In this document: positions 25,277 through 37,160 of the stretch, piece after piece
Layout of the letters: every line of letters starts with the position of its first letter
Position numbering within the stretch: the first letter of the stretch is position 1
Assembly (NCBI GenBank): GCA_002104905.1
Contig: MCFE01000318.1
Span: 1-64,000, forward strand
Direction: 5' to 3'
DNA: 64,000 bases
DNA from: Basidiobolus meristosporus CBS 931.73
Taxonomy: Eukaryota > Fungi > Basidiobolomycota
Notes under the pieces: model-generated
The model's database searches: none
The model's input: only the letters and a program-made list of their open reading frames with translations
What the model was told of the DNA's origin: nothing
Made by a program: the position numbers and the translations under genes

Positions 25277-26203
25277 TTACTCTTCATAATGCTCCAGACA
25301 CATTTCTCTCAGTGGATGTCTTCTTGTATGAACATACTGTGCATTAATAAGTATCTTAACTATTTTACCTATTCTGCTGTTTTCTCCTATATATGACTTT
25401 CCTCTGTATTTACCTGCCAATATGCTGAATCTCTTCAGATATCCAAATGTGTGCTCTACCCTTACTCTGAAATGATTAAATATCTCATTGTAGAGCTTCT
25501 GCTTCCTGCTAAGCACACCATTCCTTGGCTTCCTATAAGCTGTAATACATCCTAATCTATGACAATCCTCTCCTATATAGGCTAAGTCTGCCATACATTT
25601 CTCCCCTCTACTGAATTCAGGATGATTCTCTACCCAGAGTGCTTTGTCATGCCTACTTCCAGCAAATGGCCCACTAAACCAGATGATGTTACCCTCAATG
25701 TCAGACAGTGCTTGAAACTTCACACAGTATGCCTTGTACCTGCCAGAATAAAAGTGCCTCTGCCCTCTAGAAGGTCTGTTAATCCTCACTGGGAAGGTAT
25801 CCAAAATACTCCTTATATGGAACCTGTTGCTGAACACTCTGGGATATGGAAGTCTATTGGAGCTTCTGAACCCAGTATTCCAAGCTTGCTCTAAGTCATT
25901 CATACCCTCTGCAAGGTGGTTCTCCATTGCTGTCAGCTGGGAATGAAAGCTTCTAGGACTTTTGTTGCCATGGATGGTGGGATGAAATCTTGTAGGGCAA
26001 TAGTTCTTGTAATAGCAGAGAAGCTTAACAAGGGATCTCCTTGAGTAGATTGGGGTTGATGGTCCACAGTACTTGGTATAGATCTCCTCCAGTGTGTCAA
26101 AAGGAAATCCAGTGGTAGTGATGGGATTGATGAGAAAAGACCATTCAGATGAGTAAGTCATATTAAAATTGATGGATGATTGTATGGAGGCGGTTTGAAT
26201 CAA
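25277..26203 (-). CDS. DDE_Tnp_4-type (IS5/ISL2/Harbinger) transposase, intact 308 aa
   Basis: ILDTFPVRINRP..FYSGRYK...KFQ..SDIEG.I.W.SGP..GSRHD, MADLAY and RVRVEHTFGYLKRF provide the D-D-E triad. Confidence 0.9.
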   Translation of the reverse strand: MIQTASIQSSINFNMTYSSEWSFLINPITTTGFPFDTLEEIYTKYCGPSTPIYSRRSLVKLLCYYKNYCPTRFHPTIHGNKSPRSFHSQLTAMENHLAEGMNDLEQAWNTGFRSSNRLPYPRVFSNRFHIRSILDTFPVRINRPSRGQRHFYSGRYKAYCVKFQALSDIEGNIIWFSGPFAGSRHDKALWVENHPEFSRGEKCMADLAYIGEDCHRLGCITAYRKPRNGVLSRKQKLYNEIFNHFRVRVEHTFGYLKRFSILAGKYRGKSYIGENSRIGKIVKILINAQYVHTRRHPLREMCLEHYEE

Positions 26204-26520
26204 TTCGGCGCAATCCGCGTTATTTATCTGATTTTTAACACATTTTGGTTAAATCTCCATCAATTGCCATGTATCCCATCATTATGTCGCAAAAATCATC
26301 CGCAAACAATGCCTTGGTACTTTTATTGATGCTTTAATCATAGGTCTATAATCAAATAGGAAATCTGCAATTGATGTGATCTGATCCGTGTCAACGCAAT
26401 CCGAGATGCATCATGCATAATATATGGAAAATTCAACAATCACTTTAGTTTTCATATATATTTCATATAAGACCAGGTTGATGCCAATATACTGCTGTAT
26501 AAGTATCCAAATCTGTTGCT

Positions 26521-27783
26521 ATGGTCCCCATACCAAGCCTCAACTCATCTTTAGTACAACCCAGACAAAACCCATCCCCCAGCTCACAAGCACGGTCCGG
26601 ACCGGAAAAGTCAATGTTGGATCCGTTTGAGTTCTTGCCAAATGATTTTAGTATGGCCCAAGTGTCTATGATGAGCCTTCATACAGATATTTGGGCACTA
26701 CTGATTAATCTAGCAGAACTAGATACCTCAGAGAGTTGACAAAGATAGAAGAATTTGAGTAGAAAGCTGTGGCATGAGTTCTACATCAAGATGCCAGCCG
26801 ATGTATGTAAAAAGATATATAACAAGACAAGTATTGAAATCAAGAATGAGCTGAGAGTGAGGGGATTTGACAAAGAAGCCGCGCGGGAACAATTTTGCGC
26901 GCAATTTGCACAGTACGGGCCGGACGCGTCCGTTCGTGCCTCAACTTTGGGAACCAAAGAGATTTTGAATGAGTTTTTGCCTCAAATGACTAATGTACTA
27001 CGTGATATATTAGTAGAGCTAAGTGGCTTCTGAGAGCAATATACACAGGACTCATCCAGGCAACAGCTCCAAAGTATCAGACAGAGGGTAAGTGAATACC
27101 TTGAGGAATCAGATGGTGAGCTTCAGGAGGAAGAATACAGACCGCAAGCAACATTGTCCAGATTGCGCCAGCATGCCTTGCTAGATTCCCTACCATCTCT
27201 TGCAACCACAGCGCGCCGGCGCATGTCAGTCCAGAGTACGCCAACACCCTTTACTAGAACGCCCCGCGTCAAGTCAACGCGCATTGAGTCAACCCGCGTT
27301 GGGTCAACGCGCGCGCTTCAGAGCAAAACTACAAGAACTTGCCAAACTGCTCATTTAGACACAAGTCCATAGGAGCAGACCAAGTCGCGTCAACATGCGG
27401 CATCACATCAAACTCAGCCAAGGGCCATCTCAACGCATCAAGGTGCGCCTGCGCGTGCTGTCTCGCCTGACCATCAGCAAGTTACTTCTGGTGAACTGAC
27501 TGATGATGACCAACATGAAGTGCCTCAACCACCGGAGCCCTTGGCAAGTAAAAGAACGCGTCAGCGCATGGCACTACAGGCCGGTTCAGTTGGTTCAGTC
27601 GGAGCGGTTCAGCGCGGCCAAGCTGCAGCATTGCACTCATCAACTAGGAGGCAAAATACTGACTACAAATACACAAGTAGCCAAGATGATAGTCAGCCAG
27701 GAAGTAGTATAGGTGTGCAAAGTGAGTCACTACCAAATGCTTCAGTAGTAATCCCTGTGAGAAAAAAACCCAGGAGAAGATGA
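26521..27783 (+). pseudogene. Second ORF of the PHIS element, about 420 codons with 4 in-frame stops; function unknown
   Basis: ORF-track pieces at 26521, 26755, 27154 and 27520 share one frame, separated by TGA, TAG, TGA and TAG. Helical N-half, S/T/R-rich disordered C-half, ending in the NLS-like RKKPRRR. Confidence 0.75.
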
Positions 27784-29542
27784 TGCGATTGCTTTGAATC
27801 ACTCACATTTGTAATGATCCTGACAACCCTTTTTTTTTGCAATCCAAATCGAGCCACAGCAAATCAGTGATCATCAAATTTTTGATATAAGTAATATCAA
27901 GGTTGTCTCACATTTGAGACAGAACCCCTATAAATAAACACCCTGCATATATATACGTCATCTGTACTACCAGTGCAGCTATTGGATCTGTTTCGCACCT
28001 ACACAATCGTTTGCGTGCTAGCTATGACACCTTGTCCAATCACTAGGATCAGGGATTTACTTGCTCAATGGGCAAAATGGGATATTTAATGGCGAATCAG
28101 GTAGCTTTTTCAGTAGTCAATGAGCCAATTGGGGGCTGCCAGTTTCAGGATACTTTTGGACCAATTAACCACTGAGATACCGTCCAATTGGAGTGAGGGT
28201 AACCAAAATGGTAAGTATCAGTGTAGTTTATAGTGTGATACACATTTATTTCCATTTACGTTAAAGAAACATATCCAAATACCGGATTTTACCTGCCATT
28301 ATAGTGGTATCCAATCGCGCACGTGATGCAAACATTACGAGTTGGCGCAATCATCCACGCCAACCTCATCATGTACGATTGTGCCATTGTGTGCGAGATC
28401 GTCCCGCATAGTGCAAAATTGTCCAAGAACAATCCTGCCTTCTGGTAGCTATAATATTGCGCCCAATTGTTCTTTGTGACCGCGGATTGCGCCGCACGCC
28501 CTGGCACGGTACAATGGAACAAGTCTATTTCTTGTCCAATTGGATCTCGGAGCATTTGATACTGGAATGATCACTTCTGGGATATTCCTGGGCACTGATT
28601 CTGGCTGAACCACGGTTGTAGAGTCCTCTTGAGTGAAAAAATTTTCATTGTTTTGCTCTGATTCAATCCTGACAATTGGTGGACTTGAGATCAGATTTTT
28701 GTCATCATCTCATGTCATTTTTTGTGAAAATTTTGAATTTTCATCAAACAACACATCCCTGGACTTGTTTAGCTTCTTTGCTTTGCTATTGTAGAGTCTG
28801 TATGCCTTACTCTTATTGCAGTAGCCCAAAAATATGCATTATACACTTTTTGGCTCAAATTTGACTGATTTCCCGGTGGTTTCTTGGCATATGCTATACA
28901 CACAAACATTCTTAGATGTTCTGCACTTTGTCTGCATCCATACCATGCTTCAAATTGAGTAGAATCACAAAGTATTCTGCTATAACTCCTAATTATAAGA
29001 TATACAGCAGTGGCAACTAATTCTGCCCAAAAATCATCGGATAATTTTTGATCATGGGTCATGGGTCTTGCCATATCAATTATGGATCTGTTAGCACATT
29101 CTGTTACTCCATTTTGCTGTGGGGGGTATGGTACAGTGGTCTCTGCTTTATCCCATGAATTTTGCAGAAATGGATGAAAAGTTTTGAGGTATATCCTCCA
29201 CCATTGTCAGAGCATATTTTCATGATTTTTTTCACCAGTTTCTCTCTCCACCATAACTTTAAACTCCCTGAGCTTAGACAGAGCTTCCTCCCTTCTCTCC
29301 ATGAAGTAGACCTATGTGTAACTTGTATAATCATCAATAAAAGTGATTAAATGCTTCATCCCACCTGAGGATAAATTTTGCATAGGCCCACACAGATCTG
29401 AGTGAATTAGATCTAATTTTTCCTTAGTTCTGATCAGCCCAGAGCTCTTGAACAGTTGTCTGGCTTGTTTCCCATATATGCAGGCTTCACAGAGCTCCAA
29501 ATTAGCTGGGGGATCAATTTTTACTCCAGAAATTAGCTGAAC

Positions 29543-29950
29543 TTACTTAAAATATTTTCACCAAAAAACCAGGTACCCAGAACATGAAAATTTGCAAAGT
29601 TGTCCAAACAGCCCCAAACTTTGCACACATGTTCTTGGGACCTTCCTTAACCTATTCTACGTGTTTGTAATGCCAAGACCATGTGAACTGTAAATACTAC
29701 TTCTACAGCCTTGTATTTTGTCTTGAAGACCCATCTGCATCCAATTGATTTTTGGTTGATTGGTAATTTGACTAAGTCCCAAGTTTGATATTTCATCAGG
29801 ACCTGATATTCCTCAGTCATTGCAGATCTCCAAAACTTTGTCTGAGGGCTATTTAGGGCCTCTTTTACAGTCTGGGGTTTACCAATATGGACTGAATAGG
29901 CATAGGCTAAGTCGGTACCCTCATTGATATAGTAATATGGGCTATTTCTT
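29543..29950. mobile_element. Rearranged copia pieces: internal LTR fragment (+) joined to a pol fragment (-)
   Basis: 29543-29707 matches the middle of the copia LTR; 29708-29950 matches the reverse of ~34430-34675. Confidence 0.85.
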
Positions 29951-30356
29951 AGACTTGTTCCATTGGATAGTGCCACATTGAGCCATGAGTGCCAAATGAG
30001 GCCATAGTGTGCCAGAGAGGCCATGTAAACCTGTACTTGGTCACAGAGTGTAAAACATAGCTCTGCATCTTCATGCAAAGCAGCCCCTGTGTATCACCTA
30101 TGATACAGGAGAAAATCCATTTTTTGATGTTTTTTTGAGGATCAATGTTGTGCAGGATATGTAAGAGCACAGAAGAACTGAGGACATGCATCAGGTACTT
30201 AATACCCATGGCACTCTGAATCTAGCTCCTGTGGCTTGTAACATGTCACAAAAATGCATGGCTCCATCTTGGTCCACTGGTACTATCTGGCACTATAAGT
30301 GCTTTGTATAGATCTTACTTTAGGGCTAATAATTAAATACAGTGCCAGATCTATGC
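29951..30356. mobile_element. Truncated non-autonomous relative of the PHIS element (one TIR only)
   Basis: Starts AGACTTGTTCCATTGGATAGTGCCA and carries TGGCACTAT/AGTGCCA subterminal motifs; second TIR not found. Confidence 0.7.
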
Positions 30357-32089
30357 CATTGTTCATTCACCAGTTCCCATATATTCTGGTCTTCAGCAGG
30401 CACTGTAAGGTCAAGTACTTCATCTGCCAGTCTTTGCAATAAATCCTTGCAACATTCAAGTCAGTTTTCTTGAGCACTGCTCTTGAAAAAGTGCTGCAAC
30501 CTCTTGGTGTGCCTATTAATGTTGCAAAATTCCACCAAAGGCATTGTGATAGTCTTTTGAGTTCTTGACATAGTTGCTTTGTCTATCAGTAGGATCTCCA
30601 CTCAGTCTACAATGGAGGATGTGGAGGGAGTGGTAGTCAAATTGCCTTTCTCTGCAAGCTCATCTACCTCATTGGAGTGTAGCTCAATAGACTGTGCTTC
30701 TAACTCCTGAGAGAGCAGCTGTGTCTTATTGGTGATTTTTTTGGCTATTATAGGATTCAGCCTGCCTTTGGCTGACAGAGTTCATTGGTAGGAGCTGCAA
30801 CCTTTTTCTCATGCTTTCCTGTCTCGGGCTTTAGTAGACTTTTCTCTCTTTTCCGTTACCTTTATTGCTGCCAAGTCTTTTACTGCTACTTTGACCAAGT
30901 GCTTCTTGTAGTGTACTACACTTTCTCCTTGATGAATGTTGCATTGGTGCATCCATTTTTGCCTACTTGCTCTATGCCAGCACTCTCCTGGCAACCTGAT
31001 ATTTCTTTGCCACTTGTATGGAGCTTCCAGCCATGATTGTGAGAGACTCCTGAGAAAGCCGCATATTTTTATCACATACAGGTCCTTCCCTGCTACTGTG
31101 ACTGAGTACCACTTGTATGGTACAACATCTTCTCAATAAATGCTGCACTGATGCCTGTGTTTCTGCCTGCTTGTCACTTGCCTGCACTCTCCCCACAATC
31201 TGATGTTATTTGCTGATCATCTTGAGCTTTCAACCCTGCTTGAGACAGGCTCCTGAGAAAGCCAGTGGTTTTTATTGCTGTCAGGTCCTTCACTGCTACT
31301 TTGACGGAGTGCTTCTTGTGTTGGACTCCATTTTTCTCTGATACATGCTGGATTTATTAATCCATTTCTGCCTTTTTTCCCTTACTAGCACTCTTGCGGC
31401 TACCTGACACTTCTTTGCTACTTGTTTGCAGCTTTCAGTCATGCTTGTGACCAGCTATAGAGGAAGCCAATGGTTTTTAGCCATGGTACCCTTCTTCTTC
31501 TGCCCTTGATAGTTTCAGCTATTGTGGAGATATTTTCTTAGCATACCACTGCTGGTCCAAGATCCATTTGCTTGATTGAATCAAGGATGGTGCTCATGGA
31601 ACAGGTGAAGTACATTCTGATTAGCCTTGAGCTCCTGATGGTCCCATGGTGTGCCAGCCTTGAGGTAAAGCCATGCTAGACTTCTTAGAGCCTCTTGAAT
31701 ATTAGCCCACTCTTCATTTATACATTCAACAGCTTCATGGTGTTGTAAAAATTTGTAATTCCACCTAAATATTCACCTAACTTAGTCACTTGGATCATTA
31801 CCCTCAAATCCTAGAGAATACTGACCAAATTCTTTGTTGGGATTTACTTAAAATATTTTCACCAAAATACCAGGTACCCAGAATATGAAAATTCTCAAAG
31901 TTGTCCAAGCAGCCCCAAACTTTGCACACATGTTCTGGGGACCTTCCTTAACCTATTCTACATGTTTGTAATGCCAAGACCAGGTAAAAGTATAAATACT
32001 ACTCTTACATTCAATAAATCTTAAGGTGAAAACCACATAATCTACTTGTCCTCCCAATCACTTCCAATATCTCCAAGACTCTTACAACA

Positions 32090-32101
32090 GGTTATGAGCC
32101 C
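32090..32101 (+). promoter_or_regulatory. Copia primer-binding site of the tRNAiMet half-molecule type
   Basis: GGTTATGAGCCC directly after the LTR. Also at 23067, at 23100 (GGTTATGGGCCC) and reversed at 51970-51981. Matches the Drosophila copia/Ty5-type PBS. Confidence 0.8.
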
Positions 32102-32120
32102 CAAGCTGTCACTCTCTGCA

Positions 32121-35100
32121 ATGTCTACTACTGCTATTACTGGAATTTTTCCGTCTGCTGAAAAGTTGGATGGATCTAACTACCAAGTGTGGAAGGTGAA
32201 GATGAAGATGCTGCTACAAGAAAGAGGCCTTTGGGATATTGTCATGGGAGAAGAATGCCCTCCTAAAAACGTGGGAGAGGAAGCCTTAAAGTACCAGAAG
32301 AAAGAACAAAGTGCCTTTAACTGCATTTGCCTTAATGTCAAGGACAAATTGCTAATTCAATGCTCAAGAGCAAAAATGGCAAAGAATGCCTGGAAAGCAT
32401 TAGAAGACACCTACCAGTCATGTTCAGCTGCCAAGAAAATGTATCTGAGATGAAAATTCTTTACTACAAAGATGCTACCAGGAGAAGAAATGATAAATCT
32501 AATTAACAGAATTACCCTGCTGGTAGATGAGATGGAATCTGTGGGCATACCAACTACTGATGAGGATGTGATAGTGACCATCCTGAATAGCCTGTCAGAC
32601 AAGCTTCAGGGCCTTGTATCAGCCCTAGAGCCCAGAACTGAAGACTTGACCTTAAATTACATATATGGAAGGCTCCTGGGTGAAGAATTAAGAAAATCAA
32701 GCGCCAATAAGAAGGAAGAAGAAAATGCTTTAATAAGCAGTGATAGCCAACAAAGGAGGTACCCAAGACCCTACAAAGGCAACAGCAACCTATTTTGCAA
32801 CTACTGCAAAAGGAAAGAACACACATCAGACCGGTGTCTCAAAAAGAAAGATAATCAGCAAAAGAAGCCTGAATATGGAAATGCTGCAACAACTGAAGAT
32901 AGACTAGTCATATCTGCACTAAATATAACCACAAACAAGGATTCTCAGTTGTGGTACACTGATTCTGGAGCATCCCAACACTTTACACACCAAAAAGAAC
33001 TATTTACCCAATATCAAGAAATTCCAATTAAGAAGGTTTTCATGGGTGATGATAGAACACTTGATGCAGTGGGAGAATGAACTATCCAAGTAAACCTTAG
33101 AAGCAGTGAAGGAAGCCATACACTGACCTTTAAAGAAGTACTCTATGTACCAGAAATAGCCAGGAACCTACTCTCTGTAAGCAAGGCCACAGCAGAAGGA
33201 CTCAATTTCAGTTTTAACAATTGTGGATGCAGGATCACTGATCAAAATGGTGCCCATATTGCTTTGGGCATCAAAGATCAGAATCTATACAAGTTGACTT
33301 ATATTCCATCATATCTGAAAGCCAATATAAGTAACTTAAATGAAGAAACACCAATGCTTTGGCACAGGAGATTTGGACACATCAATTTTGATTATTTGCG
33401 TAAAATGATCAAAGATCAGCTAATTTCTGGAGTGAAAATTGATCCCCCAGCTAATTTGGAGCACTGTGAAGCCTGCATATATGGGGAACAAGCCAGACAA
33501 CTGTTCAAGAGCTCTGGGTTAATGAACACTAAGAAACAATTAGATCTAATTCACTCAGATCTGTGTGGACCCATGCAAAATGTATCCTTAGGAGGGATGA
33601 AGTATTTAGTCACTTTCATTGATGATTATACAAGATGCACACGGGTCTACTTCATGGAGAGAAAGGAAGAAACTCTGTCTAAGCTCAGGGAGTTTAAAGC
33701 CATGGTTGAGAGAGAAACTGGTGAAAAATCAAGAAAATATGCTCTGACAACGGTAGAGAATATACCTCAAAACTCCTCATCCACTTCTGCAAAATTCATG
33801 GGATAAAGCAAGAGACTACTGTATCATACTCCCCACAGCAAAATGAAGTAGCAGAACAAGCTAACAGATCAATAATCAATATGGCAAGATCCATGATCCA
33901 TGATCCATGATCAAAAATTATCCTATGATTTTTGGGCGGAATCAGTTGCCACTGCTGTATACCTTAAAATCAGGAGTTATAACAGAATACTTTGTGACTC
34001 TACTACATTTGAAGCATGGTATGGATATAGGCCAAGTGCAGAACATCTAAGAATATTTGGGTGTACAGCATATGCCAAAAAACTGGCCGGAAATCAGTCA
34101 AAATTTGAGCCAAAAAGTGTAAAATGCATATTTTAGGGTTACTGCAATGAGAGTAAGGCATACAGACTCTACAATACCAAAGCAAAGAAGCTGATCAAGT
34201 CCAGGGATGTGTAGTTTGATGAAAATTCAAAATTTTCACAAAAAATGACATCAGATGGTGTTGAAAATTTGATCTCAAGTCCACCAATTGTCAGGATTGA
34301 ATCAGAGCAAAACAATGAAAGTTTTTTCACTCCAGAGGACTCTACAACCGTTGTTCAGCCAGAATCAGTGCCCAGGAATATGCCAGAAGTGAACATTCCA
34401 GTATCAAATGCCCTGAGATCCAATTGGACAAGAAATAGCCCAAATTACTATATCAATGAGTGTACAAACTTAGCCTATGCCTATTCAGTCCATATTGATG
34501 AACCCAAAACTGTAAAAGAGGCCCTAAATAGTCCTCAGACAAAGTTTTGGAGATCTGCAATGACAGAGGAATATCAGGCCCGGATGGAAAATCAAACTTG
34601 GGACTTAGTCAAATTACCAATCAACCAAAAATCAATTGGATGCAGATGGGTCTTCAAGACAAAATACAAGGCTGATGGCACAATTGAAAGATACAAAGCA
34701 AGACTTGTAGCCAAAGAATACTCTTGAACAAAAGAACCTGACTACACTGCAACCTTTGCACCGGTAGCCAAGTTTAATTCCATCAGATTAATATTGGCTA
34801 TTGCAGCAAAATATAAGTTTTTTATTCATCAAAGGGATTTAAAAACTGCATTTTTGAATGGAGAACTTGATGAGGATGTGTATATGGACCAGCCTGATGG
34901 GTTTGTTGACCAAGATAACCCCCATTTGGTCTGCAAGCTTAAAAAGTCACTCTATGGTCTCAAACAATCACTGAGAGCCTGGAATTGCAAGATAGATTCT
35001 TATTTGGCATCTTTGAGTTTCAAAAGGAGTAATGCTGACTATAGTATATACTATAAGCCAGATAGAGCAAATTCAGCTCTATTAGCTTTATATGTGGATG

Positions 35101-36071
35101 ATCTTATTACAGCCACCAATAACCTAGCAACACTGGAAGAGACTAAATACAGCCTATCTAAAGAGTTCAAGATGTCCAATCTAGAAGAACTCAGTTACTA
35201 CTTAGGGATTAAGTTCTCCATATACAGAAGTACCCAGACTATCACCCTAAGCCAATCTAAGTATATTAAAGATATACTAAAGAAGTACCAAATGGAAGAC
35301 TGTAAACTGGCAGCTACCCCAATGGAAACAAACCTTAACTTGGTCAAACCTCAACCAAATCAAGAGAGCTTGGTGCCATCTGAAAGCCCTAACTTTCCTT
35401 GTCAATCAATGATGGACAGTCTGATTAATATCATGCTTGGAACATGTCCAGATATCTCATATTCAGTGGGAGTTGTCAGCCAACATAATCAGAACTATGG
35501 ATCTGACCATATTGTAGCAGTTGAGCGGATTTTTAGATACCTAAAAGGAACTGCTGATATCTGCTTAAGATACACTTATAAGAATTCAGGACAAGATCTT
35601 GTGGGATACTCTGATGTAGATTGGGGACAAAATGTGGAAGACAGAAGATCCACCACAGGATACACCTTTCTTTACTGTAAAGGAGCAATTTCATGGAATT
35701 CAAGAAAGCAGCCAACCGTGGCACTTTCTACCACAGAGGCAGAAGATATGGCAGCCTGTGAAGCTACAAAAGAAGCAATGTGGTTAAGAAAACTTTTTGC
35801 AGATTTAGGCCTATGTCAAAAAATGCCAATTACTTTATTTCAAGATAATCAAGGATGTATACAATTAGGTAGAAATCCAACTTTTCATGCTAGAAACAAG
35901 CACATAGATATTAGACATCATTTCATACGTGAAGCTACAGAGAATAACTTAGTTAGCTTAGTTTACTGTCCTACAGATGAAATGATTGCAGACATACTTA
36001 CCAAACCATTAACTAGAGACAAGTTTGAATATCTTAGGTCAAAATTAGGACTAGTCAGTTTGAACATTTAG
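32121..36071 (+). pseudogene. Copia gag-pol (gag, CCHC knuckle, protease, integrase, RT, RNase H) with stops and frameshifts
   Basis: KLDGSNYQVWK; CNYCKRKEHTSDRC; WYTDSGASQH; LWHRRFGH..C..C; HSDLCGPMQ; LYVDD; KHIDIRHHFIRE. Integrase precedes RT, the copia domain order. Confidence 0.95.
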
Positions 36072-37160
36072 CTGAGTGGGAGTGCTGTAAAAATTTGTAA
36101 TTCCACCTAAATACTCCCCTAACTTAGTCACTTAGATCATTACCTTCAAATCCTAGAGAATAGTGACCAAATTCCTTGTTGGGATTTACTTAAAATATTT
36201 TCACCAAAAAACCAGGTACCCAGAACATGAAAATTTGCAAAGTTGTCCAAACAGCCCCAAACTTTGCACACATGTTCTTGGGACCTTCTTTAATCTATTC
36301 TACGTGTTTGTAATGCCAAGACCATGTAAACTATAAATACTACTTTTACATTCAATAAATCATTAATTGAAAACCACATAATCTACTTGTACTCCCAATC
36401 ACTTCCAATATCTCCAAGACTCTTACAACACATGGATCCTCAATGTCTTTTGATATTTAGGCTTTGGTAACAGCACCACAGTCTCTCCCTCCCATGTTCT
36501 GATAGGTCCTTTTGTAGGCTTCAACTTTGAGCACTGTTGTTGTGCTTCAGAGACTGTACATTGTTCCTCTGCTATTACATTGGGTTATGCTTAGTTCTTT
36601 GCTGTGACTTGGCACTATTTGAGTTCCTTCTTAGCAGTCTAGATACTGCATTCTCTAATTGGGACATTAATTGCTCTATATATATTACTTACTAATCCTG
36701 TCTCTGGACTATTTCTCAATTTCTCTGGGCAATTGGATCTATCCTATAAGCCACTACACCCTAATGCCTCTTTGGTATGAGCTTACTGCATACTTGCCAA
36801 CACTGGGGGTGGTGATGTTACAACAATAACTTGCTAGTCTTCCACAATAAGTACTGCATTTGCTATATTCCAATCTGCCTAAGCATTGTAGTCAGCTTGT
36901 GGCTCAGCAGTGATTCTTAATTGCCTACTTGACTAAGAGCTTGAGAGATCCACATTATTACCTTTGGTGGGCACACTATCAATAGTGCCTTTTTTGGATG
37001 CAGCCCCACTTGTTGCACCAAATGTCAAAGCAAGTTGTTGTCCAGCTGTTTTCCTGCTGCTGCTTGTGGTAGGGATTAGTTGGGAACTAAACAGCTTTAC
37101 TTTATTTTTGTGCAGCATACACAAGGATGTGAGTCAAACCAGATGGTAAACAGTATCATA

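Larger units (their letters stand above)
25094..28526 (-). mobile_element. Complete 3433-bp PHIS-superfamily (PIF/Harbinger-ISL2EU-like) DNA transposon
   Basis: TIRs AGACGTGTTCCATTG (left) and CAATGGAACAAGTCT (right). 3-bp TSD ATT at 25091-93 and 28527-29; the empty site GGGCTATTTCTTG is present in the intact copia (reverse complement at ~34430-34442). Two divergent ORFs. Confidence 0.9.
23254..29542 (-). mobile_element. Ty1/copia pol fragment (integrase, RT, RNase H), interrupted by a PHIS transposon
   Basis: ORFs 23186-25159 (RRSTTGY..ISWNSRKQPTVALS, LYVDD, IGCRWVFKTK) and 28769-29500 (HSDLCGPMQ, SDNGGGY, FWAELVATAVY). Sequence is continuous with the full-length copy across the 25094-28526 insertion. 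Confidence 0.92.
31741..36430 (+). mobile_element. Full-length Ty1/copia LTR retrotransposon (4690 bp), degenerate
   Basis: LTRs 31741-32089 and 36083-36430; PBS 32090-32101; PPT GCTGAGTGGGAG; 5-bp TSD CATGG at 31736-40 and 36431-35. Confidence 0.97.
30357..37160 (-). mobile_element. CMC/CACTA-like element, ORF2 region (copy A), split by the full-length copia
   Basis: 30357-31740 and 36431-37160 are colinear with 58530-60950 (reverse) and with 41900-49700. The empty site with a single CATGG is seen at ~49160 and ~60110. Confidence 0.8.

Noticed and set aside
25277-26203. Bacterial IS5/ISL2 contamination or recent horizontal transfer
   Set aside because: It lies inside a fungal copia with a clean TSD, has a local MITE, and shares the host TE CpG depletion. 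Ancient transfer cannot be judged without a phylogeny.
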